Assembly: GCA_963764715.1 (NCBI GenBank)
Contig: CAVXTP010000013.1
Coordinates: 96,001 to 160,000 of the forward strand
Length of the DNA: 64,000 nucleotides
DNA from: an uncultured Acidobacteriota bacterium
Lineage (GTDB): Bacteria; Acidobacteriota; Thermoanaerobaculia; UBA5066; Gp7-AA6
Direction of reading: 5' to 3'
The notes beneath the pieces are model-generated. The model had not been told where the DNA came from, searched no databases, and was given only the letters and a program-made list of their open reading frames with translations. This document shows positions 40,707 to 52,972 of this stretch, piece after piece; the first letter of the stretch is position 1, and each line of letters opens with the position of its first letter. Made by a program: the position numbers and the translations under genes.

Positions 40707-43262
40707 CTACTGCAGCTGGAACGTCTTCGTCAGGAACACCGCCATCTGCTGCCGGACGTTCGTCGTGTTCGGGCAGTAGCGAAGCGGGTTCGTGATGCAG
40801 CCGCCGGTGATGTTGCGCGAGTAGAGGTCCTCGATCCACGCGGCCGCGAAGGCGCCCGCCGGAACGTCGGCGAAGATCGTTCCGGTCGCGGGCGGAGGGT
40901 TGTACGTCGAATCGTTCAGGGCCTTCAGGAGGAAGATCGCCATCTGCGCGCGCGTCACGGGGTTCGCGGGGCAGTAGTTGGTTCCGCCGCAGCCGCCGGT
41001 GACGCCGAGCGCCGCGAGGCTTTCGATCCACGCGGCGGCGAAGGCGTTGGCGGGGACGTCGGTGAAGACGGTTCCGGTCGCCGGCGGTGGCGCATACGTG
41101 GACCCGTACTTCGCCTTCAGCAGGAAGACGGCCATCTGTGCGCGGGTGATCGGCAGGGTCGGGCAGAAGTTGCCGAAGCCGCAGCCGGCGGTGACGCCGT
41201 TGCGGGCGACCTTGACGACGTAGTCGTGGAACAGGTTGGGCGGCGGGACGTCGAGGAAGTCGACCTGGATGTTGGTCGAGGCCTCGGGCGAGTCGCAGCT
41301 CGCCGCGCTCTCGACGACGGTGCACTGCATGGTCGTTCCGGGAGGGGCCGCGTCGAAGACGATCTGCCGCGAGCCCTGGCCCGCGGTGATCACGCCGCCC
41401 GAGAGCGTCCAGGTCCAGGTCGAGCCCGGGTGGTTGACGGCGCTCGCCGAGGCGCCCGACGCGCCGACCGGGACCGAGATCGGCGCGGTGATGACGGGCT
41501 GGCCCGGCGTGACGTTGACGGTCACCGTCGCGGTGGAGGTGTTGGTCGAGGCGCAGCCGTTGGCGCCCACGACGGTGAGCGAGTACGTCGTCGTCGACGC
41601 GGGATTCGCGGTGGGCGTGCAGCTCGACGCGTTGGAGAGACCCGTCACGGGGAGCCAGGAGCAGGAGACGCCGCCCGAGCCGATCAGGCCGACCGATCCG
41701 CCCGTGCAGACCGTTCCGCCGCCGGACGCGGCGGCCGTCGGTCGGCCGTTGATCGTCAGCACGGCCTGGTTCGAGGCGATCGTCTGGCCGAAGCCGTCCG
41801 TGACGACGACGTCGTAGTTGCCCGAGTCGCCCGTGGCCGTCGGGTTGATCGTCAGCGTGTCGGTCGTGACGCCCGAGATCGTTCCGCCGTTGTTGAGGTT
41901 GACGCCGCCCTTTCTCCAGCGGTACGTCAGCGTCGGCTGGCCGGTCGCGGTGACCGTGAAGACGGCCGAGGAGCCCGAGCAGAGCGTCTGGTTCGAAATC
42001 GTCGTGACGGTGATCGGGATCCGCTCGTAGGCGCCCATGTCGACATAGGGGGGCGTCAGTCCCGCTCCCGTGTCCGGAACGTCCGGGTCGTCGAAGAAGC
42101 GGGGGAGGCCGACGACGTCGACCGTCACGCCGCCGGGAACGGCCGAGTTGTTGCCCGCGTCGACGACCGGCGAGAGCGGGCCCGGGCGCAGGTCCGAGGG
42201 CGCGTTGAGGAACAGGGGATCGGCGTCGATGTTGCCGGTGCCCCCGATGCCGCCGCCCTGGATGTCGGTGTAGGTCACCGTCGCGGATCCGGTGCAAGGA
42301 GCGCCGAGGCAGAGCTGTCCGGTCGAGTTGCCCCAGAAGATCGAGTTGGCGATGGAGTTGCCGGTGCTCGAGAGGAACGCCGCGCCATAGACGGAGTTCG
42401 CCGTGAAGGTCGAGTTGTCGATCACGCTGCCGTTGGCCGAGGCGACCTGGAGGCCGTTGGGGCTGTTCTGCGCGACGATGGAGTTGATGAGGGTGACCGT
42501 GCCGCCGTTGGTCTCGATCCCGCCGCCGCCCGTCGAGGCGCTCGAGATCGTGTTCGACCGAAAGACGCAGCCCTGGGCGGTGATGGAGCTCGCGGCTCCT
42601 CCGTAAACGCCTCCTCCATGGCCCCCGAATCCGACCGAGTTGCCCTGGAAGGTGCTGCTCAGGATGATGGGCGCGCCGCCGGAGACCCGGAGTGCGCCGC
42701 CCTCACCTTGCGCGAAATTGCCCGAGAACGTGAGCTGGGCGAGCGTCGGCGAGCCGCCGTTGTTCCACATGCCCGCGCCGCGGTCGTTGAAGGCGGCCGG
42801 CGCGCCGTCCGCCTGGCCCGCCGTGATCGTGAACCCGTCGAGAACGCCGGACCCGGTGACCGACGCGGCCGCGGTGACGACGTGGTAACTGTTGTCGATC
42901 GAGGAGGTCGGCGTTCCGATGTCGCCGGAGAGGATCGTGACGTGGGCCTTGGGATCGCGCTGCGTGCGCTGCGTCTCGGTGCCCACGAAGCCGCCGTAGA
43001 TCCCGACCCCGTTCTCCATCGCGAACGAAGCCGTGCGGTCGGAGGCGTCCGGCTTGTATGTTCCGGCGGCGACCCAGATCTCATCGGGCGAATTCGCCGC
43101 GCCGAGCGCGGTCTGGAGGCTGGTGTAGGCGTTGGCCCAGCTCGATCCGTTGTTCGAGCCCGTCGCGGCGGCATTGACGTAAATCACGGCGGCAAAAGCG
43201 GTTGTGGTCCCGGCCGCGCAGAAGATGCCCATGGCAGCCATGAGCCGCGAAGCGAAACGCAT
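40707..43262 (-). CDS. Secreted Pmp-like beta-helix + Ig-like + triple SLH protein
   Basis: RBS GGAGGA; IYVNAAATGSNNGSSWANAY..LQ.AL, IWVAAGTY, LSGDIG, GG repeats, GNIDADPLF, VDMGAYE; SLH tail KTFQLQ. Confidence 0.87.
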   Translation of the reverse strand: MRFASRLMAAMGIFCAAGTTTAFAAVIYVNAAATGSNNGSSWANAYTSLQTALGAANSPDEIWVAAGTYKPDASDRTASFAMENGVGIYGGFVGTETQRTQRDPKAHVTILSGDIGTPTSSIDNSYHVVTAAASVTGSGVLDGFTITAGQADGAPAAFNDRGAGMWNNGGSPTLAQLTFSGNFAQGEGGALRVSGGAPIILSSTFQGNSVGFGGHGGGVYGGAASSITAQGCVFRSNTISSASTGGGGIETNGGTVTLINSIVAQNSPNGLQVASANGSVIDNSTFTANSVYGAAFLSSTGNSIANSIFWGNSTGQLCLGAPCTGSATVTYTDIQGGGIGGTGNIDADPLFLNAPSDLRPGPLSPVVDAGNNSAVPGGVTVDVVGLPRFFDDPDVPDTGAGLTPPYVDMGAYERIPITVTTISNQTLCSGSSAVFTVTATGQPTLTYRWRKGGVNLNNGGTISGVTTDTLTINPTATGDSGNYDVVVTDGFGQTIASNQAVLTINGRPTAAASGGGTVCTGGSVGLIGSGGVSCSWLPVTGLSNASSCTPTANPASTTTYSLTVVGANGCASTNTSTATVTVNVTPGQPVITAPISVPVGASGASASAVNHPGSTWTWTLSGGVITAGQGSRQIVFDAAPPGTTMQCTVVESAASCDSPEASTNIQVDFLDVPPPNLFHDYVVKVARNGVTAGCGFGNFCPTLPITRAQMAVFLLKAKYGSTYAPPPATGTVFTDVPANAFAAAWIESLAALGVTGGCGGTNYCPANPVTRAQMAIFLLKALNDSTYNPPPATGTIFADVPAGAFAAAWIEDLYSRNITGGCITNPLRYCPNTTNVRQQMAVFLTKTFQLQ

Positions 43263-43363
43263 GGAATGTCCTCCGTCGATTGTCGACACTTCTGGCTCAT
43301 TGTCGCGCGTTCTGGCCATGAAGTCAGCCGTCCATCCGGACAGGCAATGGGCCAGCGGCCGAC

Positions 43364-43416
43364 AAGTCAGAAATGCAGGTCAGACCCCAAAAGTCAGAAA
43401 TGCAGGGCTGACCCCA
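43364..43416. repeat. Two tandem 26-bp direct repeats AAGTCAGAAATGCAGG(T/G)C(A/T)GACCCCA
   Basis: 43364-43389 and 43391-43416, 2 mismatches; same GACCCC end as the 28566-28629 repeat; contains the M20 stop. Confidence 0.7.
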
Positions 43417-44517
43417 CGAGGGCGGCGGCGAGGGCGGCGCGTTCGGGAAGGGAAGAGAGGAGGACGTGCTCGTCGATGGCGTGCGCGCCGTCGCCGTCGG
43501 CGCCGAGGCCGTCGAGCGTCGGGATTCCGAGGGCGGCGGCGAACGACGCTTCCGACGCGCCGCCGGTCTCGACCTCCTCGAGCGGGGGCAGGCCCAGTCC
43601 GGCCGCGGCCTCGCGCGCGGCGCGGTAGGCGGCCTCGACGTGGGGACCGCGCTCGAGCGGCGGGTAGAAGGCGGACTCCTCGAGCTCGAGCGCGACGCGC
43701 GGGTCCGAGCTCCGGAGCGCCTCGAGCGCGGCGCGCGCGATCTCGCCGTCGGCGAGGGCGCGGAAGCGGACGTCGAGCGTGGCCTCGGCGAGCTCGGGCA
43801 CGACGTTCGGCCGCGAGCCGCCGCGGACGGTCCCGACGTTGACGGTGACGCCGCGTTCGAGGTCCGTCAACGCCGCGGCGTCGAGGAGACGGCCCGACAG
43901 CTCGAGAATGGCGTTGGCGCCCCGCTCGAAATCCGCGCCGGCGTGGGCCGCGACGCCGCGCGCGCGCAGCGTGTACGTCGCCATTCCCTTGCGGCGCGTC
44001 TTCACGGCGCCGCCCGGCCAGGCCGGCTCGAAGTCGAGGACCGCGCGGCTGCGGCGCATCTCGGACTCCATGACGCCGCGATAGAGCGCGCCGCCGACTT
44101 CCTCGAGGGGCGTCAGGAAGACGGTGACCGAAGGGATCTCCCCGAGCGCGCGAAGCGCCTTCAGCGCGAAGACGAGGACCACGAGCCCGCCCTTCATGTC
44201 GTAGGAGCCGGGGCCGGAAAGACGGTCGCCCTCGATGCGCACGGGCCGGCGCGCGAGTGTGCCGAGCTCCCAGACCGTGTCGAGATGGCCGAGGAGCATC
44301 ACGGGCCGCTCGCCCAAGCGGGCGCGCAGGATGGGGCCGGCGCCGTCGACCGGGACGAGCTCCCCGTGAAGGCCGAGCTGGGAGAGCTCCTGCTCGATCC
44401 GCCGGGCGACGGCCGCGACGCCCGCGGGATCCGAGGACGGCGACTCGATGGCGGTGATCTCCGCCAGGAGCCGCGTCATCTCCTCCTGGCGCTCGCGGCA
44501 CCAGCCGAGGAGGTTGC

Positions 44518-44521
<4 letters not shown>
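43394..44521 (-). CDS. M20 family metallopeptidase (glutamate carboxypeptidase-like)
   Basis: LLGHLDTVW, GPGSYDMKGG, EEVG, G.AAHAG, NVG...GG.RPNVVP, PTLDGLG..G.GAHA..E. Confidence 0.9.
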
Positions 44522-47964
<3,443 letters not shown>

Positions 47965-48062
47965 GGGCGGCGGGGCGGGGCTTTAGAGAAACCGACGACT
48001 TCGCCGGATGGGCGCCCGCGCGGCGCGTCCTGGGGATCACGCCCTGAATCCTACCGGAGCGT

Positions 48063-49649
48063 CTAGAGGACGCGCGTGTACTCGCTCTGGTCCTGCTTCC
48101 ACACCACGACGCCGCAGAACCGCTCGCCCTCCGGGCACACCGGCCGCACTCCCGCGTGGTGGCGCAGCGTGCACGGCGGCAGCAGCCAGGGCCCGATGCG
48201 CGGGTTGACGTCGCGGATCTGCAGGGCCTCGTCGAGGGACGCGCGCCAGATCTCCTCCTGCGCGTTGTAGCAGAGGCGCATCGCGAACTTGTGGTGGAGG
48301 TTCAGGAGGTCCGCCGACTCGGTGAAGCGGATCGCGACGGCGTTCGGCAGCAGGTAGGCCGCGAACTCGTCGGAGACGCCGCGCGAGCGGAGCTCGCCGA
48401 TCGCGCGCCAGGTCTCCTCCATCGTCTCGCGGTAGAGCGCCGCGGCCTCGGGCACGTCGTCGACGAGCATCGGGACGACGTAGTCGGGCTCCTCGGACAG
48501 GTAGGCCGGCAGGGCCGGGCGCGAGGCCGGCGTCATGCGGTGGCGCTGGTCCTGGCTGTCGGCCGTGTGCGAGAGCTTCTTGCGGAAGGTGTAGGACGGG
48601 TGGAAGAGCGCGCGCGAGAGCTTGTCGTGCGTCGTCAGCGTCAGCGTTTCGCCGAGGACGCGGTTCTTCGACGGATCGAGGACCATCCGGATCGCATCGT
48701 CGTCGGAGAGCGCGGCCCGGGGGACGCCGAGGATCTCGCGCACGGCCGAGGCGAGGATCTCCTCGTTGTTGGCCTTCCAGTCGACGAGGCGCGAGACGCG
48801 CGGCCCGAGCTCCGCGTCGAACTCTCGCCGGAACTCGCGGGACGCGCCGCGGACGCGCGGAAGCGCCCGGAACGCCGCGTACTCGGGCGTCTCCTCGAGC
48901 GGCAGCGGGTCCTGCAGGACGGTCGCGTAGAGCGGGTCGTGCCGGAGGACCTCCTCGACCATCTGCCCGACGATCTCCCGCTGCTCCGCCGGCGCGTCCA
49001 TGGTTTCGCAGAGGCGCCAGTACCGGAAGAGCGTCACGCCCGAGACCGTGTGGTACAGGTACGAGAACGTCGCGACCGGGAGCACGTACCGCGCGATCTC
49101 CTGCGCCCGCTTCTTGACCGCGCCCGAGAACCGCGTCCGCCCGTCTCCGCGCGTGCGGCCCGGGAAGAGACCGAAGTAGCGCTCGCCCGCCATCGGCGTC
49201 AGGAGCTCGGTCAGCCGGGCGTAGGCCTCCTGCTGGCGGCGCGCGGCCCGCTCGTAGATGTCCCGCTCGGGCGCGCCCATCGGGGGCACGGCGTAGTTGC
49301 CGCGGCTGACCTCGACGTAGCGCTGGGAGACCTGCTCGGAGTTGTAGAACGGGTGCGAGTGGAGAAACGTCCAGAGGAACTGGCGCGAGACGTTCTCCAG
49401 CGCGAACTGGAAGTGCGCGTGCTGGAAGGTCGTGTGGTGCCCGGCCTCGTAGATCGACTTCGCGATCGCGTCGCGCCGGTCGGGGCGCGCCGAGGCCTGG
49501 TCCTCGGTGACGATCCCCTTGGCCGAGTAGCACGTCCGGGCGGTCGCGACGACGTTCTCGTAGGCGCGGTCGAAGGCGTGGACGAGGCGGACCTTCGGCG
49601 GCGCGGAGGAGAAGGCAAAGCCGCTCTTGGGAAGGGGAAGGCTCGACAT
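48063..49649 (-). CDS. thyX: FAD-dependent thymidylate synthase, tandem two-domain form
   Basis: Domain 1 GHHTTFQH..F..VSR..SEQVSQRY..ARYVLP; domain 2 QDQRHR..AAYLLPN..RLCYNAQEEI; alternative start at 49661. Confidence 0.85.
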   Translation of the reverse strand: MSSLPLPKSGFAFSSAPPKVRLVHAFDRAYENVVATARTCYSAKGIVTEDQASARPDRRDAIAKSIYEAGHHTTFQHAHFQFALENVSRQFLWTFLHSHPFYNSEQVSQRYVEVSRGNYAVPPMGAPERDIYERAARRQQEAYARLTELLTPMAGERYFGLFPGRTRGDGRTRFSGAVKKRAQEIARYVLPVATFSYLYHTVSGVTLFRYWRLCETMDAPAEQREIVGQMVEEVLRHDPLYATVLQDPLPLEETPEYAAFRALPRVRGASREFRREFDAELGPRVSRLVDWKANNEEILASAVREILGVPRAALSDDDAIRMVLDPSKNRVLGETLTLTTHDKLSRALFHPSYTFRKKLSHTADSQDQRHRMTPASRPALPAYLSEEPDYVVPMLVDDVPEAAALYRETMEETWRAIGELRSRGVSDEFAAYLLPNAVAIRFTESADLLNLHHKFAMRLCYNAQEEIWRASLDEALQIRDVNPRIGPWLLPPCTLRHHAGVRPVCPEGERFCGVVVWKQDQSEYTRVL

Positions 49650-49699
49650 CGAATCTGCCATTCTAGCCCTCGCGCGAGGTCCGATAGCATCGGGTACGG

Positions 49700-50539
49700 A
49701 TGGACAGCCGGACCGACGCGGAGCTGCTCGAGGCCGCCCGGCGCGGCGACGCGGGGTCGCTCGAAGACCTCCTCGAGCGCCACCAGGCGCAGGTCTACCG
49801 CTTCGGCATGAAGATGTGCCGCGACCCGGAGGACGCCCGCGACGTCCTGCAGGACACGCTGCTCGCGATGGCGAGGGGCGTCCGCGACTTCCGCGGCGCG
49901 TCCTCGATCTCGACGTGGCTCTACACGATCGCCCGGAGCTTCTGCATCAAGAAGCGCCGGCGCAGCAAGTTCGCGCCGGAGCCGGAGCGTTCCCTCGAGA
50001 GCGACGCCTCGCCCGAAGCGGCGGACCTGCCGGATCCGGGCCGCACCCCCGACGAGGTCCTCGCGTCGAAGCAGGTGCACGACGCGCTGGAGCAGGCGAT
50101 CGGGGCCCTCGAGCCGATGTACCGGGAAGTCCTTCTGCTGCGGGACGTGGAGGGCCTGTCGGCGGCCGAGGTCGCCGAGGTCCTCGGCGTCGGCGTGCCG
50201 GCCGTCAAGAGCCGCCTGCACCGCGCCCGCCTGTCCGTGCGCGCGCACGTCGCGCCGCTCCTGGGGATCTCGCCGCCGGAGCCCGCGGCCGCCCCATCGA
50301 AGTCGTCCTGCCCGGACGTGCTCGAGCTCTTCTCCCGCCACCTCGAGGACGAGATCAGCGCGGATGTCTGTCTCGAGATGGAGCGCCACCTCGCCGGGTG
50401 CGCCCGTTGCCGCGCCACCTGCGATTCCCTGAAGCGCACGCTCGCCCTCTGCCGCACGAGCCCTTCGGTCCCCGTGCCGAAAGCCCTCCAGGATTCGGTC
50501 CGCGTCGCGGTCCGGAATTTCCTCGGGGCGCCGTCCTGA
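49700..50539 (+). CDS. ECF sigma factor fused to a C-terminal ZAS/zf-HC2 zinc-finger domain
   Basis: DARDVLQDT, STWLYTIA, EGLSAAEVAEVLG...VKSRLHRAR, then CPDVLELFSRHLEDEI...ERHLAGCARC (HxxxCxxC). Confidence 0.92.
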   Translation: MDSRTDAELLEAARRGDAGSLEDLLERHQAQVYRFGMKMCRDPEDARDVLQDTLLAMARGVRDFRGASSISTWLYTIARSFCIKKRRRSKFAPEPERSLESDASPEAADLPDPGRTPDEVLASKQVHDALEQAIGALEPMYREVLLLRDVEGLSAAEVAEVLGVGVPAVKSRLHRARLSVRAHVAPLLGISPPEPAAAPSKSSCPDVLELFSRHLEDEISADVCLEMERHLAGCARCRATCDSLKRTLALCRTSPSVPVPKALQDSVRVAVRNFLGAPS

Positions 50540-50566
50540 ACCCTTTTCGCGGCGGCCGGCTCTCAC
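50538..50566 (+). promoter_or_regulatory. Putative ECF promoter GAACCCTT-N12-GGCTCTCAC upstream of thioredoxin
   Basis: Copy 1 of 3, with 18 nt between GAAC and CTC. Confidence 0.7.
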
Positions 50567-50582
50567 CGGGCGTGGAGGGCCG

Positions 50583-50969
50583 ATGGCGACCGTACAGGTG
50601 ACGGAGGAGAGCTTCGAAGCGACGATCAAGTCGGGAATCGTGATTCTCGACTTCTGGGCCGGCTGGTGCGGGCCCTGCCACATGTTCGCCCCGGTCTTCG
50701 AGGCCGCCGCGGAGCGCCACCCGGACGTGGTCTTCGGCAAAGTCGACACCGAGGCCGAGGCGGGGCTGGCGGCCGCCTTCGACATCCGTGCGATCCCGAC
50801 GTTGATGGTGCTTCGCGACGGCGTCCTCCTCGCGTCCCAGCCCGGGGCGCTGCCCGCCTCGGGGCTCGACGCCCTCGTCGAGAAGGTGCGATCCCTCGAC
50901 ATGGACGAGGTGCGGCGGAGCATCGATGCCGCCGCGGCGGACGCGGCCCGCGGCGCGGAGAACGCCTGA
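50583..50969 (+). CDS. trxA: Thioredoxin
   Basis: DFWAGWCGPC, IRAIPTL. Confidence 0.92.
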   Translation: MATVQVTEESFEATIKSGIVILDFWAGWCGPCHMFAPVFEAAAERHPDVVFGKVDTEAEAGLAAAFDIRAIPTLMVLRDGVLLASQPGALPASGLDALVEKVRSLDMDEVRRSIDAAAADAARGAENA

Positions 50970-51163
50970 TGTGCCGGCGCGCGACCTGCCCGCGGTGCGG
51001 GCTCGCGACGTTCGCCGGCTGCGGCGCCCACGTCGAACAGGTTCTCGGAAACGTGCCGCCGGCGGAGCGGTGCCGGTGCGGCGGGGAGTCCCGGGACGAC
51101 GCGCAAGCCGCCGGGACGAGCCGTTCGCGAGGCTGGTTTTTCGGCCGGCGCGGAAAGGCGTAG
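50969..51163 (+). CDS. Small Cys-rich protein (64 aa)
   Basis: TGATG coupling to trx; MCRRATCPRCGLATFAGCGAHVEQVLGNVPPAERCRC. Confidence 0.85.
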   Translation: MCRRATCPRCGLATFAGCGAHVEQVLGNVPPAERCRCGGESRDDAQAAGTSRSRGWFFGRRGKA

Positions 51164-51169
51164 GCGATC

Positions 51170-51337
51170 ATGGACTCGTGGATCGAGCTCGCCGCTCTCC
51201 TCGTAGGCTGGATTCTTCTCCAGTACTGGATATTGCCCAGGCTCGGAATCGGGACCTGAGCGGTGCCGACGCCGCGCCGGTCGGCGCGGGGGAAGCACCG
51301 GGCGGACGCCGCCGATCGAAAGGACGATTGCCCCTGA
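51170..51337 (+). CDS. Small single-TM protein, candidate selenoprotein (29 aa to TGA; 55 aa with Sec readthrough)
   Basis: MDSWIELAALLVGWILLQYWILPRLGIGT-(TGA 51257)-AVPTPRRSARGKHRADAADRKDDCP; fills the operon gap; SECIS-like hairpin follows the TGA. Confidence 0.65.
51257..51300 (+). promoter_or_regulatory. Bacterial SECIS-like element
   Basis: TGA, lower stem CGGTGC/GCACCG, upper stem CCGCGCC/GGCGCGG, apical loop GGTC starting after a 19-nt spacer from the TGA. Confidence 0.6.
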
Positions 51338-51356
51338 CGGGTCCGGCCGAGGTCCC

Positions 51357-52097
51357 TTGATCGGCTGGATCCTCGGATTCGGCCTGCTCGCGAGCGTCGC
51401 CAGCGTCGGGCTCGCCGCCGTGATCCTCCTGCTGCCCGCCGCAACTCGCTCGACCCTCGTCACGACCCTCGTCAGCTACGCCGTCGGGACTCTGCTCGGA
51501 GCGGCGTTTCTGGGGCTTCTGCCCAACGCCCTCGCCCAGGCGGGCCACCGGCCGGTCCTGGCCGCGACGCTCGGCGGCATCCTCCTCTTCTTCGTGCTCG
51601 AGAAGGTCGTCCTGTGGCGGCACTGCCACGCCGGCGAGTGCGAGATCCACGGACGCCCGGCGGCTGCGCTGATCCTGGCGGGCGACGCGCTCCACAACTT
51701 CGTGGACGGCGTGGCGGTGGCCGCGGCCTTCGAGGTCTCCGTCCCGGTCGGCGTCGCGGCCGGGTTGGCGATCATCGCCCACGAGGTACCGCAGGAGCTG
51801 GGTGACTTCGCCGTCCTGCTGGAGGGAGGCTTCTCCCGGGTTCGCGCACTGATCTGGAACGGGTTGTCCAGCCTGACGACGCTGGCGGGAGCTCTGCTCG
51901 GGTACTTCTCGCTCGAGACCCTTCGTCCGGCGCTGCCGTTCGTGCTGGCCGTTTCCGCCGCGGGCTTCGTCTACGTCGCGGCCGCCGACCTCATCCCCTC
52001 CCTTCATCGAAGAGCCCGGGGCGCCGCCGGACTGGGACAGTTCGCGCTCGTCCTGGCCGGCGTCGCGACGATCGCCCTGCTGCACTCGGATCACTGA
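51357..52097 (+). CDS. ZIP family divalent metal transporter
   Basis: WRHCH, GDALHNFVDG, HEVPQELGDF; multiple TM helices; TTG start. Confidence 0.92.
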   Translation: MIGWILGFGLLASVASVGLAAVILLLPAATRSTLVTTLVSYAVGTLLGAAFLGLLPNALAQAGHRPVLAATLGGILLFFVLEKVVLWRHCHAGECEIHGRPAAALILAGDALHNFVDGVAVAAAFEVSVPVGVAAGLAIIAHEVPQELGDFAVLLEGGFSRVRALIWNGLSSLTTLAGALLGYFSLETLRPALPFVLAVSAAGFVYVAAADLIPSLHRRARGAAGLGQFALVLAGVATIALLHSDH

Positions 52098-52199
52098 GTC
52101 CGCCCCGCCGCGCGGAACGCATCGATCCCTTTCGGGAAGGCTCAGCCGCAGCCGTCCGAGAGGTTTCGCCGACGCCTCCCGGGGAGCGTCTCCGCGGGT

Positions 52200-52228
52200 G
52201 AACCCTTCGGGCCCGCCTCGGCTCTCAC
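52200..52228 (+). promoter_or_regulatory. Putative ECF promoter GAACCCTT-N12-GGCTCTCAC upstream of the OsmC gene
   Basis: Copy 2 of 3. Confidence 0.7.
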
Positions 52229-52374
52229 CCATCGGGCGCCGCGGCCGGAGCGGGGTCCCGAACAACCCGGAGGGGATGAAGATGCTCAACGTCGTCCCGC
52301 ACGCCGCTCGCCGGGGAGATTCGGGCTCGCCGCCGATCCCGACGCCAGGGCGGCCGAACTGAACGGGAGCACGC

Positions 52375-52881
52375 ATGTCCGAAATCCACAGCACCTACCC
52401 CTTCTCGATTCGATGGCAGGATGGCAAGCGCGGTCTGGCCAGCGCCCCGGATGGGCTCCCGGATCTCGAGATCGCCTCGCCGCCGCAGTTCGGCGGGCCG
52501 GGCGGCCGCTGGACGCCGGAGCACCTCTTCGTCGGCGCCGCGACGAGCTGCTGGTTGACCACGTTCCTCGCGATCGCCGAGCTGTCGAAGCTCGATTTCG
52601 TGGCGGTCGAAGCGGCGGGGGAGGGGTTTCTCGAGCGCGGCGACGACCGGCGCTTCTCGATCACGCGGATCGTTCTGCGCCCCCGCGTGACGGTGCGCCG
52701 CGAGGAGGACCGCGACCGGGCGCTGCGGATCGTCCGCAAGGCCGAAGAGTCCTGCCTCGTCGCCCGCTCCATGCGGACCGCGATCGCACTCGAGCCGGTG
52801 GTCTCGGTCGGCGAGGCCGGGGCGCGGGCCGCGGGCGCCGGCCCCTCGTCGGAGCCTCCCGCGATCTCCCCGCCGTCCTGA
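52375..52881 (+). CDS. OsmC/Ohr family peroxiredoxin
   Basis: PPQFGG..WTPEHLF.GA..SC, KAEESCLVARS (both catalytic Cys present). Confidence 0.9.
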   Translation: MSEIHSTYPFSIRWQDGKRGLASAPDGLPDLEIASPPQFGGPGGRWTPEHLFVGAATSCWLTTFLAIAELSKLDFVAVEAAGEGFLERGDDRRFSITRIVLRPRVTVRREEDRDRALRIVRKAEESCLVARSMRTAIALEPVVSVGEAGARAAGAGPSSEPPAISPPS

Positions 52882-52972
52882 GGGCGGCGATCCCTTCGTC
52901 CGCGCCGTCCGACCGCCCCGCCGTTCGGCGCGACGGGCCGTCGCCGCCGGGACGGGGGATACTGACTCCGCG

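Noticed and set aside
43364-43416. Mini CRISPR array
   Set aside because: Two repeats separated by 1 nt, no spacers, no cas genes
52276-52362. 28-codon ORF with a strong SD, in frame with osmC across a TGA (second Sec candidate)
   Set aside because: No SECIS-like hairpin after the TGA, no recognisable protein features, and osmC has its own RBS; may be a remnant or leader peptide
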